Below, piece after piece: positions 47,399-58,172 of a stretch of 64,000 bases of DNA. Position 1 is the first letter of the stretch. Each line of letters opens with the position of its first letter. The notes under the pieces were generated by a model that was not told where the DNA came from, ran no database searches, and worked only from the letters and a program-made list of their open reading frames with translations. This stretch comes from an uncultured Candidatus Rokubacteria bacterium (GTDB lineage: Bacteria > Methylomirabilota > Methylomirabilia > Rokubacteriales > DASRDR01), in assembly GCA_963826115.1 (NCBI GenBank), contig CAWGVS010000004.1:160001-224000 (forward strand). The letters are read 5' to 3'. The position numbers and the translations under genes were made by a program.

Positions 47399-48607
47399 AT
47401 GGCTGACCGGCGCCCCTTCCACCTCGCCACCGACCACGAGATCAAGTCGGGCGAGGTCACCGACGTCTACTTCAACCGGACGGTCCAGATCCTCCGGGCC
47501 CGGGGCAACCGGGCGCGCGTCAAGGCCGAGGTGTACCTGAAGAGCCTCCCGGGCGACTGGGGGTGGGGCATCCTCGCGGGCATCGAGGAAGCGGCCCGCC
47601 TCCTCGAGGGCCTGCCGATCGACGTGACCGCGATGGACGAGGGCACGGTCTTCGCCGCCTACCAGCCCATCCTCACCGTCGAGGGCGTGTACGTCGACTG
47701 GGCGGAGTACGAGACGGCGCTCCTCGGGCTCCTCTGCCAGGCGTCGGGGATCGCCACCAAGTCGGCCCGATGCAAGAAGGCGGCCGGGGAGCGGCAGGTC
47801 ATCAGCTTCGGCGCCCGCCGGATGCACCCCGGGCTCGCCCCCATGATCGAGCGGAACGCGTTCGTCGGCGGCTGCGACGGCGTGGCGGTGACGAAGTCGG
47901 CGGAGCTGATCGACGCCGATCCGATGGGCACGATTCCGCATGCCCTGGTCCTCGTCATCGGCGACACCGTGGAGGCCCTGCGCGCGTTCAACGACGTCGT
48001 CGATCCGAAGGTCCGGCGGGTGGCGTTGATCGACACCCTCCAGGACGAGAAGTTCGAGGCGATCCGCGTCGCCGAGGCGCTCGGCCGCGAGCTCTACGCC
48101 GTCCGGCTCGACACGCCGTCCTCGCGCCGCGGCGACTTCTACCGGATCCTCGAGGAGGTGCGCTGGGAGCTGGACTACCGGGGGTACGAGTACGTGCGCA
48201 TCATCGCCACCGGCGGCATCGACGAGTACCAGATGCCGCGGCTCAACCCCCTGGTGGACGCCTACGGCGTGGGGACGGCCATCGCCAACGCCCCCGTCCT
48301 CAACTTCGGGCTCGACATCATGGAGATCGACGGTCAGCCGATCGCCAAGCGCGGCAAGCACTCGGGGTCGAAGCGCGTCCTCCGCTGCCGCGCCTGCGGC
48401 AAGACGGTCGTCGTCGCCGCCCACAAGCCCGTCGATCGGTGCCCATGCGGCGGGTCGTACGAGGACCTCCTGAAGCCGCTCATTCGCGGGGGCCGTGTCG
48501 CGCGCGACTTGCCGCCGCCCCGCACGCTTCGCGAGCACGTCCTCGAGCAGCTCCGGCGCGTCCCGCTCGAGCTGCCGGGATCGGGCGGACTTCGCGGCGA
48601 CTTCTGA
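47399..48607 (+). CDS. pncB: Nicotinate phosphoribosyltransferase (archaeal-like, C-terminal Cys motif)
   Basis: TDVYF, FGARRMHP, GTIPHA, LIDT, VRLDT, ATGGID, YGVGT, KRGK, CRAC..CPC. Confidence 0.88.
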   Translation: MADRRPFHLATDHEIKSGEVTDVYFNRTVQILRARGNRARVKAEVYLKSLPGDWGWGILAGIEEAARLLEGLPIDVTAMDEGTVFAAYQPILTVEGVYVDWAEYETALLGLLCQASGIATKSARCKKAAGERQVISFGARRMHPGLAPMIERNAFVGGCDGVAVTKSAELIDADPMGTIPHALVLVIGDTVEALRAFNDVVDPKVRRVALIDTLQDEKFEAIRVAEALGRELYAVRLDTPSSRRGDFYRILEEVRWELDYRGYEYVRIIATGGIDEYQMPRLNPLVDAYGVGTAIANAPVLNFGLDIMEIDGQPIAKRGKHSGSKRVLRCRACGKTVVVAAHKPVDRCPCGGSYEDLLKPLIRGGRVARDLPPPRTLREHVLEQLRRVPLELPGSGGLRGDF

Positions 48608-48620
48608 GCGAATCGATGCC

Positions 48621-49403
48621 ATGGGACTCCTGGACGAGATCGTCGCCCGAAAGCGTGTGGACGTCGCCGCCCGACAGCTGGCCGTTCCCCGGGGCGCGCT
48701 CGCGGTCCGTGTCGCCACGCTCCCCGCGCCCCGGAGCCTCGCCGCGGCGCTGACCCCACGCGCGGCCGGCGCGGTCCAGGTCCTCGCCGAGCTCAAGCGC
48801 GCCTCCCCGGTCAAGGGCGTCCTTGCCGAGGGCTTCGACCCCGTGGCCCGGGCGCCCGAGTACGTGCGGGCCGGCGCGTCCGCCCTCTCCGTCCTGACGG
48901 ACCTGCACTTCCAGGGGAGCCTCGACGACCTGGACTCGGTGCGGGACCGGGTGGACTGCCCCGTTCTCGAGAAGGACTTCGTCGTCGACGAGTACCAGGT
49001 GTGGGAGGCGCGGGCCCACGGCGCGGACGCCATCCTCCTCATCGTGGCGATCCTCGAGCCCGGGCAGCTCGCCGACCTCTTCCAGGCCGCCAAGGGGCTC
49101 GGCCTCTCGGCGCTGGTCGAGGTCCACCGCGAGGCGGAGCTCGAGCGCGCGGCGGACCTGGGCGCGGGCCTCATCGGGATCAACAACCGCGACCTCACGA
49201 CGTTTCGGACCGACCTCGCGACCACCGAGCGGCTCGCGCCGCGCGCGCCGGCCGGCGCGTGCCTCGTCTCCGAGAGCGGCGTCGCCACGCGCGCCGACGT
49301 CCTCCGGGTGCGCGCGGCGGGCGCCCACGCGATCCTGGTCGGCGAGTCCCTGTCCCGGAGCGGCGACCCCGCGGCCAAGCTCCGCGAGCTTCTCGGGTCA
49401 TGA
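48621..49403 (+). CDS. trpC: Indole-3-glycerol phosphate synthase
   Basis: AELKRASP.KG, LSVLTD, KDF, GINNRDL, VSESG, LVGESL. Confidence 0.96.
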   Translation: MGLLDEIVARKRVDVAARQLAVPRGALAVRVATLPAPRSLAAALTPRAAGAVQVLAELKRASPVKGVLAEGFDPVARAPEYVRAGASALSVLTDLHFQGSLDDLDSVRDRVDCPVLEKDFVVDEYQVWEARAHGADAILLIVAILEPGQLADLFQAAKGLGLSALVEVHREAELERAADLGAGLIGINNRDLTTFRTDLATTERLAPRAPAGACLVSESGVATRADVLRVRAAGAHAILVGESLSRSGDPAAKLRELLGS

Positions 49404-49540
49404 GCGCAGCGAAGGCGGATCGCAGGCCCCGAGCCGACATACTCCCCGCGCCTCCTGGCCACCGGCCGCAGGCCGTCTCCGTATCGGGAGGGGTCGCCAC
49501 AGGCCGAAGGCCGTCCGACAGGGGGGGGCGACCCGAATGA
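49400..49540 (+). repeat. MIRU-like intergenic element with ATGA at both ends, encoding a 46-aa bridging ORF; 21-bp units at 49457-49477 and 49495-49515
   Basis: ATGA 49400-49403 (trpC stop) and ATGA 49537-49540 (trpF start) with an open frame between; stem GGGTCGCC 49491-49498 / GGCGACCC 49527-49534. Confidence 0.75.
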
Positions 49541-50185
49541 CCCACCTGCGCGTCAAGATCTGCGGGATCACGTCCCTCGACGACGCCCTCTGGGCGGCCG
49601 ACGCGGGGGCCGACGCCCTCGGGCTGAACTTCGTGGAGGGGACCCCCCGCTACGTCACGCCGGCCGCCGCGGCCGCCATCGTGGCGGGCCTCCCGCCGTT
49701 CGTGTGCCCGGTCGGCGTCTTCTGGGACCACGCGCCGGCGCACGTGGCCGCCGTCGTCGCGGAGTGCGGCCTCGAGGCCGTCCAGCTCCACGGCGCGGAG
49801 CCGCCCGAGCACGTGACGGCGATGCCCCGCCCGGTGCTGAAGACGATCAAGGTGCGGGACGCGGGCGACCTCGCCCAGCTCGACCGCTACAAGCCCGCGG
49901 CGTTCCTCCTCGACAGCGCGGCGCGCTGGAGCGAGGGCGAGCCGCGGCGCCCCATCTCCTGGACGCTCGCCCGCGAGGCGAACGCCCGGGGCCGCGTGAT
50001 CCTCTCGGCCGGCCTCACGCCCGAGACCGTCGGCGAGGCCGTCCGCGTCGCGCGGCCGTGGGGGGTCGACGTGAGCTCCGGCGTGGAGGCGGCGCCGGGG
50101 CGGAAGGATCCGGCGAAGGTGGCGCGATTCGTCCGAGCGGCACGCGCCGCCGCGGCGGAGCTCGAGGGTGAGGCGGAGCGACGCG

Positions 50186-50193
<8 letters not shown>
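49537..50193 (+). CDS. trpF: Phosphoribosylanthranilate isomerase
   Basis: [43 protein letters not shown]. Confidence 0.96.
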
Positions 50194-51413
<1,220 letters not shown>

Positions 51414-51427
<14 letters not shown>

Positions 51428-52244
51428 CGCCGCGTTTGCGCGGCTCCGGGAGCGGGGCGAGCGCGCGCTGATCCCGTACTTCGTCGCGGGCGACCCGAGC
51501 CTCGAGGTCACGGCGCGCCTGATCGAGGAGGCGGACGCTCGCGGCGCGGACGTGATCGAGGTCGGCCTCCCGTTCTCCGATCCCCTCGCCGACGGGCCCA
51601 CGATCCAGCGGGCCGACGTCCGCGCCCTCGAGCAGGGGACGAGCCTCTTCCGGCTCCTGCCGGTGCTCGCCGAGGTGAGCGGCCGGGTCCGCGCCCCGCT
51701 GGTCGTCATGACGTACCTGAATCCGCTCCATCGCTACGGGCTCGACGCGGTGACGCGCGACCTCGCGAAGGCGGGCGTGGCGGGACTCATCGTGCCGGAC
51801 TGCCCGATCGACGAGAGCGGGCCGCTCGGGCGCGCCGCCGAGGCCGCGGGCCTCGACCTGGTCGCGCTCGCCGCGCCGACGAGCGGCCCGGAGCGGCTCC
51901 GCCGGATCGCCCGCGCGAGCCGCGGCTTCATCTACCTCGTCCCGCTCACGGGCATCACCGGCGAGCGGACGCAGGTGCCGGCCGAGCTGGTGCGGCTCGT
52001 GCGCGACCTCCGCGCGGTCACGACCAAGCCGATCGGCGTCGGCTTCGGCATCTCGACGCCGGAGCAGGTGGCCGCGGTCGTCCGGCACGCCGACGCCGCC
52101 ATCGTCGGGAGCGCCATCGTCCGCCTGGTCGAGCGGCTCCAGGGCGACCCGGGGCTCGTGACGAAGGTCGGCGATTTCGTCGGTGCGCTCAAGGCCGCCA
52201 CCCGCGGTGCGGCCGCCGGCAACGGCGGCGGGCCGGGGCCGTAG
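51414..52244 (+). CDS. trpA: Tryptophan synthase alpha chain
   Basis: [36 protein letters not shown]. Confidence 0.97.
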
Positions 52245-52254
52245 GGGACGCCCG

Positions 52255-53103
52255 ATGGCCTGGCTGTTCGGCCGCGACAAGCCGCGGAAGATCACCACCG
52301 AGGGTCTCTGGACGAAGTGCGAGACCTGCCGGGAGATCGTCTACCGGGCGGACGTCGAGAAGAACGCGTGGACCTGCCCGCGCTGCGGCCAGCCGTTCCG
52401 GCTCTCGGCTCGCGAGCGCCTCGACCTCCTCCTCGACCCCGGATCGTTCGAGGAGCGGGACGCGGGGCTCCGCTCCCAGGACCCGCTGGGCTTCAAGGAC
52501 AACCGCGGCCGCTACGCCGACCGCCTCCAATCGTCCCGCGCCAAGACGGGCCGGGAGGACGCGCTGGTCTCCGGCGTCGGACGGATCCACGGGCACTCGC
52601 TGGTCGTCTGCATCTTCGAGTTCGGGTTCATGGGCGGGAGCATGGCCTCCGTCGTCGGCGAGAAGATCACCCGGGCCATCGAGCTCTCGACGCGGAAGCG
52701 CCTCCCGCTGCTCGTCGTCACGTGCTCGGGTGGCGCCCGGATGCAGGAGGGCGTGCTCTCGCTCATGCAGATGGCGAAGACGTCGGCGGCCCTGGGCCGA
52801 CTGGCCGAGGAGCGGGTGCCGTACTTCGCCCTCCTGGCGGACCCGACGACGGGCGGCGTGACCGCGTCCTTCGCGATGCTGGGCGACGTCATCCTCGCCG
52901 AGCCCAAGGCGCTCATCGGCTTCGCGGGTCCCCGGGTCATCCAGGAGACCATCCGCCAGCCGCTCCCCGAGGGGTTCCAGCGCTCGGAGTTCCTGCTGGA
53001 GCACGGCATGGTGGACCAGGTGGTCGACCGGAAGGAGATCCGCGAGACCCTCCGGCGCCTCCTCGTGTTCTTCGCGGAGCCCGTCGAACCCTCCGTCCCG
53101 TGA
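52255..53103 (+). CDS. accD: Acetyl-CoA carboxylase carboxyltransferase beta subunit
   Basis: GLWTKCETC...CPRC zinc finger, FMGGSM, SGGARMQEG, PTTGGVTASF, GFQRSEFL. Confidence 0.97.
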   Translation: MAWLFGRDKPRKITTEGLWTKCETCREIVYRADVEKNAWTCPRCGQPFRLSARERLDLLLDPGSFEERDAGLRSQDPLGFKDNRGRYADRLQSSRAKTGREDALVSGVGRIHGHSLVVCIFEFGFMGGSMASVVGEKITRAIELSTRKRLPLLVVTCSGGARMQEGVLSLMQMAKTSAALGRLAEERVPYFALLADPTTGGVTASFAMLGDVILAEPKALIGFAGPRVIQETIRQPLPEGFQRSEFLLEHGMVDQVVDRKEIRETLRRLLVFFAEPVEPSVP

Positions 53104-54401
53104 CGGCTCCGCTCGAGCGGCTGCTCGGCCTCGCGCGCTGGGAGCGCGCCGGGATGCGGCTCGGGCTCGAGCGCATCGAGGCGCTCCTCGACGCTCTCGG
53201 CCGTCCCGAGGCCGCGCTCCCCGTGGTCCACGTCGGCGGAACGAACGGGAAGGGCTCCGTGGCCGCGCTGACCGCGGCCATCCTGCAGGCCGCCGGCCTC
53301 CGCACGGGGCTCTACACGTCGCCGCATCTCCTCGAGGTCACCGAGCGGGTCCGCATCGACGGCGTCCCGGTGACGCGCGAGGTCCTCGGCCGCCACGCGG
53401 CGCGGATCGGGCCCGCGCTGGACGCGGGCGCCGCGACCTTCTTCGAGGCGATGACGGCCGTGGCCCTGGCCGCGTTCCACGAGGCGGAGGTCGACGCCGC
53501 CGTCCTGGAGGTGGGGCTCGGCGGGCGGTGGGACGCGACCAACGTCGGCCACCCGCTGGTGTCGGTGGTGACGCGGATCGACTACGACCACCAGGAGTTC
53601 CTCGGGCGGCGCCTCGAGGACATCGCGGGCGAGAAGGCCGGCATCATCCGGGGCGGCACCGCGCTCTCCGCGACGCAGGCCCCCGAGGCGCTGGCGGTCA
53701 TCGAGGCGCGCTGCCAGGCGGTCGGCGTGCCGCTCCTCGTCGAGGGCCGCGAGCTGACGGTCGAGGCGCGCGAGAGCGACCTCGAGGGGCACCGCCTCTG
53801 GCTCCGCGGGCCCGACTGGCGGTACGACGACGTCCGGGTCGCGCTTCCGGGACTCTTCCAGCACGGGAACGCCGTCCTCGCGATCGGCGCCGTCCGGGCG
53901 TTCGCGGCCGCCTCGGGGCGGCCGGTGCCCGAGGCCGCGGTGCGCGCGGGCTGCGCGGCCGTCCGCTGGCCGGGCCGATTCCAGGTGATCCCGGGCGGCG
54001 CGGGGCGGCCCACGCTGGTCCTCGACGGGGCGCACAACCCGGGCGGCGCGACGGCGCTGGCGGCGTCCCTCCGCCACCACTTCGCCGGACGCCGCCTCGC
54101 GCTGGTCCTCGGCGTCTCGGCGGACAAGGATCGGGCGGGGATCCTGAAGGCCCTCGCCCCGCTGGCCGCCCGCATCTACCTCGCGCCCGCCGATCATCCA
54201 CGGGCGACGCCGCCCGGCGAGCTGATCGGCCAGCTGCCGCCGGTGGACGCGGACGTCGTCCTGGCCGCGGGGACGGACGAGGCCCTCGCGCGCGCGCTCG
54301 GCGACCCTGGGATCGACGTGGTCTGCCTCGCCGGCTCCCTGTTTCTCGTGGCGGACGCCCTCCGCTGGCTCGGCGCCCGTGGCCTCGTCGGCCGCAGCTG
54401 A
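53100..54401 (+). CDS. folC: Dihydrofolate synthase/folylpolyglutamate synthase
   Basis: HVGGTNGKGS, YTSPHL, EVGLGGRWDATN, EKAGI, WPGR, LDGAHN. Confidence 0.96.
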   Translation: MTAPLERLLGLARWERAGMRLGLERIEALLDALGRPEAALPVVHVGGTNGKGSVAALTAAILQAAGLRTGLYTSPHLLEVTERVRIDGVPVTREVLGRHAARIGPALDAGAATFFEAMTAVALAAFHEAEVDAAVLEVGLGGRWDATNVGHPLVSVVTRIDYDHQEFLGRRLEDIAGEKAGIIRGGTALSATQAPEALAVIEARCQAVGVPLLVEGRELTVEARESDLEGHRLWLRGPDWRYDDVRVALPGLFQHGNAVLAIGAVRAFAAASGRPVPEAAVRAGCAAVRWPGRFQVIPGGAGRPTLVLDGAHNPGGATALAASLRHHFAGRRLALVLGVSADKDRAGILKALAPLAARIYLAPADHPRATPPGELIGQLPPVDADVVLAAGTDEALARALGDPGIDVVCLAGSLFLVADALRWLGARGLVGRS

Positions 54402-55449
54402 CGCCGCCCCCGCCCCGGCGGGTCCCGACGCGACCCCGCCGGTCACGGAGTACCGCGTCGGCACCGCGTCCTGGCTCGACCAGTCGCTGGTCGCGTCGGG
54501 ACGGTTCTACCCGCGAACGGCGATGTCGTCCGAGGAGCGGCTCCGCTGGTACGCGCGCTTCTTCGACTGCGTCGAGGTGAACTCCACCTACTACGCCTTG
54601 CCGTCACCGCGGAATTCCCTCATGTGGGCCGAGCGGACGCCGCCGGGCTTCCTCTTCCACGTGAAGGCGTACAGCCTGATGACGGGCCACCATCCGCGTC
54701 TCGAAAGCCTCCCGCCCGAGGTGCGGCTCCTCTTGCCCGAGGACGTGCCGCTGCGCTCCCGCGGCGAGGTCGACCGCACCCGGATCCCGCGCGAGGCGCT
54801 CGACCGCTGCTTCGAGCTGTTCCGCCTGGCCCTCGACCCCCTGGCCACGGCCGGGAAGCTCGGCTACGTCCTCTTCCAGCTCGCCCCCTGGATCCGGTAC
54901 GACGAGACAACGCTCGCGTATCTCGCCACGCTGCGCGCGCGGCTGCCCGGCTGGACGCTCGCCGTCGAGTTTCGCAACGAGACGTGGATCCCCGAGCGGA
55001 CGGACGAGGTCGTCGCCTTCCTGGCCCGGCACGGCCTCGTCCTCGCGACGGTGGACGCCGTGTGGCAGCCGTGGGTGGAGGCCGCGACCACGCCGGAGTG
55101 GTCGGTCCTCCGGCTCCACGGCCGGAACCTGCGCGGCTGGCTCGACCAGCGCGCCGGCCGCGAGCCCACCGTGGCGGAGAAGTACGATTACCTGTATGGT
55201 CCCGAGGAGCTCGGTGAGCTCGCCGGCCGCGCCCGGCGCCTCCACCGGCGCGCCCGGCGCGTGGCGGTGACGTTCAACAACAACAACGAGGACTTTCCCA
55301 CCCAGAACGCGCTCGATCTCAAGCGCCTCCTCGGCCTCGACGCGCCCGACCTCGCCGCGGTGCGCGCGAGCTGGCGGCCGGCGCGTCGGCGCGCGGCGCC
55401 CGTCGAGACCGATCTCTGGGGGGACGAGACGGAGAGGAGCGAGCCATGA
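54379..55449 (+). CDS. DUF72 (YecE-like) protein
   Basis: VGTASW, VEVNSTYY, LFQL, AVEFRN, RLHGRN, YDYLY...EL, FNN; start uncertain. Confidence 0.88.
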   Translation: MASSAAADAAPAPAGPDATPPVTEYRVGTASWLDQSLVASGRFYPRTAMSSEERLRWYARFFDCVEVNSTYYALPSPRNSLMWAERTPPGFLFHVKAYSLMTGHHPRLESLPPEVRLLLPEDVPLRSRGEVDRTRIPREALDRCFELFRLALDPLATAGKLGYVLFQLAPWIRYDETTLAYLATLRARLPGWTLAVEFRNETWIPERTDEVVAFLARHGLVLATVDAVWQPWVEAATTPEWSVLRLHGRNLRGWLDQRAGREPTVAEKYDYLYGPEELGELAGRARRLHRRARRVAVTFNNNNEDFPTQNALDLKRLLGLDAPDLAAVRASWRPARRRAAPVETDLWGDETERSEP

Positions 55450-56084
55450 CGGGAGCCGCGACGTCGGGAGCCGCCGTGCCGGGCCGCGTGATCGACGACC
55501 GGGTCGTGCCGGCGGGCGGGGAGTGGGCGGGCGTCGTCCCGCGGGGCCGCGTCCTCCGCATCGTGGATCTGGAGGGCCGGCAGGCCGTCGACTTCCTCTG
55601 CTACGGCGCCGCCGACCCGAGCGAGCGCTACAACGCGGCCGACACGATGAAGTTCGCGAAGACGATCTTCCTCACGACGGGCCACGGTCTCTACTCGGGG
55701 CTGGGTCGCCGGCTCTTCACGATCGTGGGGGACACGTGCGGGCGCCACGACACCATCGGCGGCTGCTGCAGCGCCGAGTCCAACAAGCTCCGCTACGACG
55801 TCGACAACACCCCGAACTGCCGGGACAACTTCCTCCGGGCGCTGGCGCCGTTCGGCCTGGGGCGGAAGGACATCGTGGCGAACCTGAACTTCTTCATGAA
55901 CGTCCCCGTCGAGGCGGACGGGTCGATGGCGATCGTGGACGGCTGGTCGAAGCCGGGCGACCACGTGGACCTCCGGGCGGAGATGGACGTGCTCGCCGTG
56001 GTGTCGAACTGCCCGCAGATCTACAATCCGTGCAACGGCGGGCGACCGACGCCGATCCGCCTGGTGACCTACGAGCCGGCCTGA
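55446..56084 (+). CDS. DUF1989 urea amidolyase-associated protein (carboxyguanidine deiminase subunit-like)
   Basis: LRIVDLEG.QAVD, HDTIGGCC, NCRDNF, NFFMNVP, SNCPQ..NPCNG. Confidence 0.9.
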   Translation: MTGAATSGAAVPGRVIDDRVVPAGGEWAGVVPRGRVLRIVDLEGRQAVDFLCYGAADPSERYNAADTMKFAKTIFLTTGHGLYSGLGRRLFTIVGDTCGRHDTIGGCCSAESNKLRYDVDNTPNCRDNFLRALAPFGLGRKDIVANLNFFMNVPVEADGSMAIVDGWSKPGDHVDLRAEMDVLAVVSNCPQIYNPCNGGRPTPIRLVTYEPA

Positions 56085-56102
56085 GGCGTCAGGCGCGCGA
56101 TC

Positions 56103-56172
56103 TGTCCGAGGATCCGCAACCGGCGAACGGAGGAACCCGCCGCCGATCCGCCTCGTCGCCTACGACCCGGCT
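56103..56172 (+). pseudogene. Degenerate second copy of the DUF1989 3' end
   Basis: tgtccgaggatc...aacggaggaacccgccgccgatccgcctcgtcgcctacgacccggc parallels tgcccgcagatc...aacggcgggcgaccgacgccgatccgcctggtgacctacgagccggc (about 56009-56081). Confidence 0.7.
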
Positions 56173-56179
56173 GCCGGCG

Positions 56180-56719
56180 TCACGCCCGCGGGAAGCCGTG
56201 GGACTTCTTGATCCGGCGGATCTGCTGGAGGTGGTCCCGGTCGTGATGGGCGGTGAGCATCCACCACTGGCCGAGGTCCATCTCGCCGAGCGTGAAGTGC
56301 CGCCACGTGAACGCGCGGGGATCGATGGTGGCCAGGCGCGCCAGCGATTGCTGGCTCCGCTCCCGCGCCGCCCGCATGTCGTGGAGGAGCTGCCCGATCG
56401 GATGACCCTTTTCGGGGCGCACGACCGGCGGCGCCTCGCGCGGGCCGGGCGGCCACGGGGGCAGGGGCGCGAAGCCGGCGAGGTCTGCCGGGTAGGGTGC
56501 CGCCGCGCCGCCGGTCTCCTTGAGGAGCTTCGAGGTGAGCTTGCCGGTGTTCACCTCGGCGAGGGTCAGGTGGTGCAGGATCTCGCCGACCGACCAGTCG
56601 TCGGCGCTCGGTCGCCAGTCGGCCTGGGCTTGCGAGAGGCCGTCCGCCTCGCGCAGCACCTCGGCGCGCACGGCGTCGAGCTCGTGGGCGAGAGCGTCGA
56701 GCGCGGCAGGCAGCGTCAT
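56180..56719 (-). CDS. DinB/YfiT-family protein
   Basis: WSVGEILHHL...E, H..LG, HDRDHLQQI metal triad. Confidence 0.88.
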   Translation of the reverse strand: MTLPAALDALAHELDAVRAEVLREADGLSQAQADWRPSADDWSVGEILHHLTLAEVNTGKLTSKLLKETGGAAAPYPADLAGFAPLPPWPPGPREAPPVVRPEKGHPIGQLLHDMRAARERSQQSLARLATIDPRAFTWRHFTLGEMDLGQWWMLTAHHDRDHLQQIRRIKKSHGFPRA

Positions 56720-56826
56720 GGCCGTCTCCTCCGGAGCGGTCGCGGGTGGCCGTCTGGACCGCGCGGGTGGGCGCGGCCGTCGGGGCGGATTATAGCGTGG
56801 TCTCACGAGGCTACGAGGAGGGCGAC

Positions 56827-57738
56827 ATGACCGCGGATCTCCAGGGGGTCATTCCCATCACCGCGACGCCGTTCGACGCCGCGGGCGAGGTGGACGAGGG
56901 GAGCATCGCCACGCTGGTCGAGTTCGAGGCGCGGTGCGGCGTCCACGGCCTGAACGTGCTCGGCATCATGGGCGAGGCGCACAAGCTCTCGGAGAGCGAG
57001 CGGCGCCGCGTGGCCGAGATCTTCGTGAAGTGCGCCGCCGGGCGCTTCCCGGTCGTGGTGGGGACCTCGCACGGCGGGACCGCGGTGGCGGTCGAGCTCT
57101 CCCGGGCCGCGGAGGCGGCGGGCGCCGCGGCCGTGATGGTGGCGCCCCCCGCGGGGCTGCGTGGCGAGGGCGCGATCCTGGCGCACTACCGCACGGTGGC
57201 CGGCGCGATCGGGATCCCGGTCGTCGTCCAGGACGAGCCGGTCTCGACCGGCGTCCTCATGTCGCCCGAGCTCCTGGTCCGCATCGCGACCGAGGTTCCG
57301 GCGTGCCGCTACGTGAAGCTCGAGGAGGCGCCGACGCCCACGAAGATCACGGCGATGCGGCGCCTCCCCGGCGGCGACCGCGCGCGCATCTTCGGCGGGC
57401 AGAACGCGATGTACTTCTACGAGGAGCTCAGCCGGGGCGCGGTGGGAATCATGACCGGGGCGGCGATCCCCGACGTCCTCGTGCGCATCTTCACGGCGTT
57501 CCGGCAGGGCGACCGGGCCGGCGCGGCGGCGATCTTCGACCGCTACGCGTCGTACATCCGCTACGAGGGCCAGCAAGGCGTCGGCCTCGCCCTGCGGAAG
57601 GAGCTCCTGCGCCTCCGCGGCGCGATCGCGACCGGCACGGTGCGCCAGCCCGGGCCGGTTCTCGACGACGTGACGCGACGGGAGCTCGCCGAGATCCTCG
57701 CGCGCCTGGCGATCCTGGAGGGAGTCGCGGACTCCTAG
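56827..57738 (+). CDS. Dihydrodipicolinate synthase/NAL-family aldolase or dehydratase (non-canonical, not DapA)
   Basis: TPF, GIMGE instead of GTTGE, VVQDEP, YVKLE Schiff-base Lys; GAGGAGG SD. Confidence 0.88.
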   Translation: MTADLQGVIPITATPFDAAGEVDEGSIATLVEFEARCGVHGLNVLGIMGEAHKLSESERRRVAEIFVKCAAGRFPVVVGTSHGGTAVAVELSRAAEAAGAAAVMVAPPAGLRGEGAILAHYRTVAGAIGIPVVVQDEPVSTGVLMSPELLVRIATEVPACRYVKLEEAPTPTKITAMRRLPGGDRARIFGGQNAMYFYEELSRGAVGIMTGAAIPDVLVRIFTAFRQGDRAGAAAIFDRYASYIRYEGQQGVGLALRKELLRLRGAIATGTVRQPGPVLDDVTRRELAEILARLAILEGVADS

Positions 57739-58172
57739 CGCCAGAGCGTCAGCGCGAGCAGGAGGACGGCCAGGATCAGCGCGAGGAGCCGCCAGCGCCT
57801 CGCGGCGCGTGCGGTGGCCTCGGCCGGCGACGCGCCGGCCTCCTCGCAGGGCGCGTAGAATTCGAGCTCGGTGCCGTCCGTGCGGTTCCGGATCACGGTC
57901 CAGAGCGCCTGGTCGGGCGTGGGCGCGCTCTCCGTGCGCTCCAGCGAGACCGGCAGCGGCGTGCCCGTCCCGATCTTGAGCGAGAGCTGGCCGCCCGGCG
58001 GGAGGGGCTTGCCGCGCCCGCCGTCCCCGAACGAGATGACGGTCCCGCCGTCGTCGCTCGTGCGCAGCGTGAAGACGCGGCTGTCCGGCCCGCAGTCGTC
58101 GAGCGTCGTGCGGCGGGACCATCGCTCGCCGTTTACGGTGAGGGTGATCGGGTCCTCGTCACGCGCGGCCAT
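57735..58172 (-). CDS. Hypothetical protein: baseplate-wedge-like beta domain plus C-terminal TM helix
   Basis: AAAGGA SD; VNGERW...L..CGPDSRVFTLRTSDDGGTVISFGDGGRGKPLP; C-terminal LLALILAVLLLALTLW. Confidence 0.65.
   Translation of the reverse strand: MAARDEDPITLTVNGERWSRRTTLDDCGPDSRVFTLRTSDDGGTVISFGDGGRGKPLPPGGQLSLKIGTGTPLPVSLERTESAPTPDQALWTVIRNRTDGTELEFYAPCEEAGASPAEATARAARRWRLLALILAVLLLALTLWR

Noticed and set aside
56827-57738. dapA assignment
   Set aside because: The GTTGE and catalytic Tyr motifs are replaced (GIMGE, VVQD), so only family-level assignment is justified.
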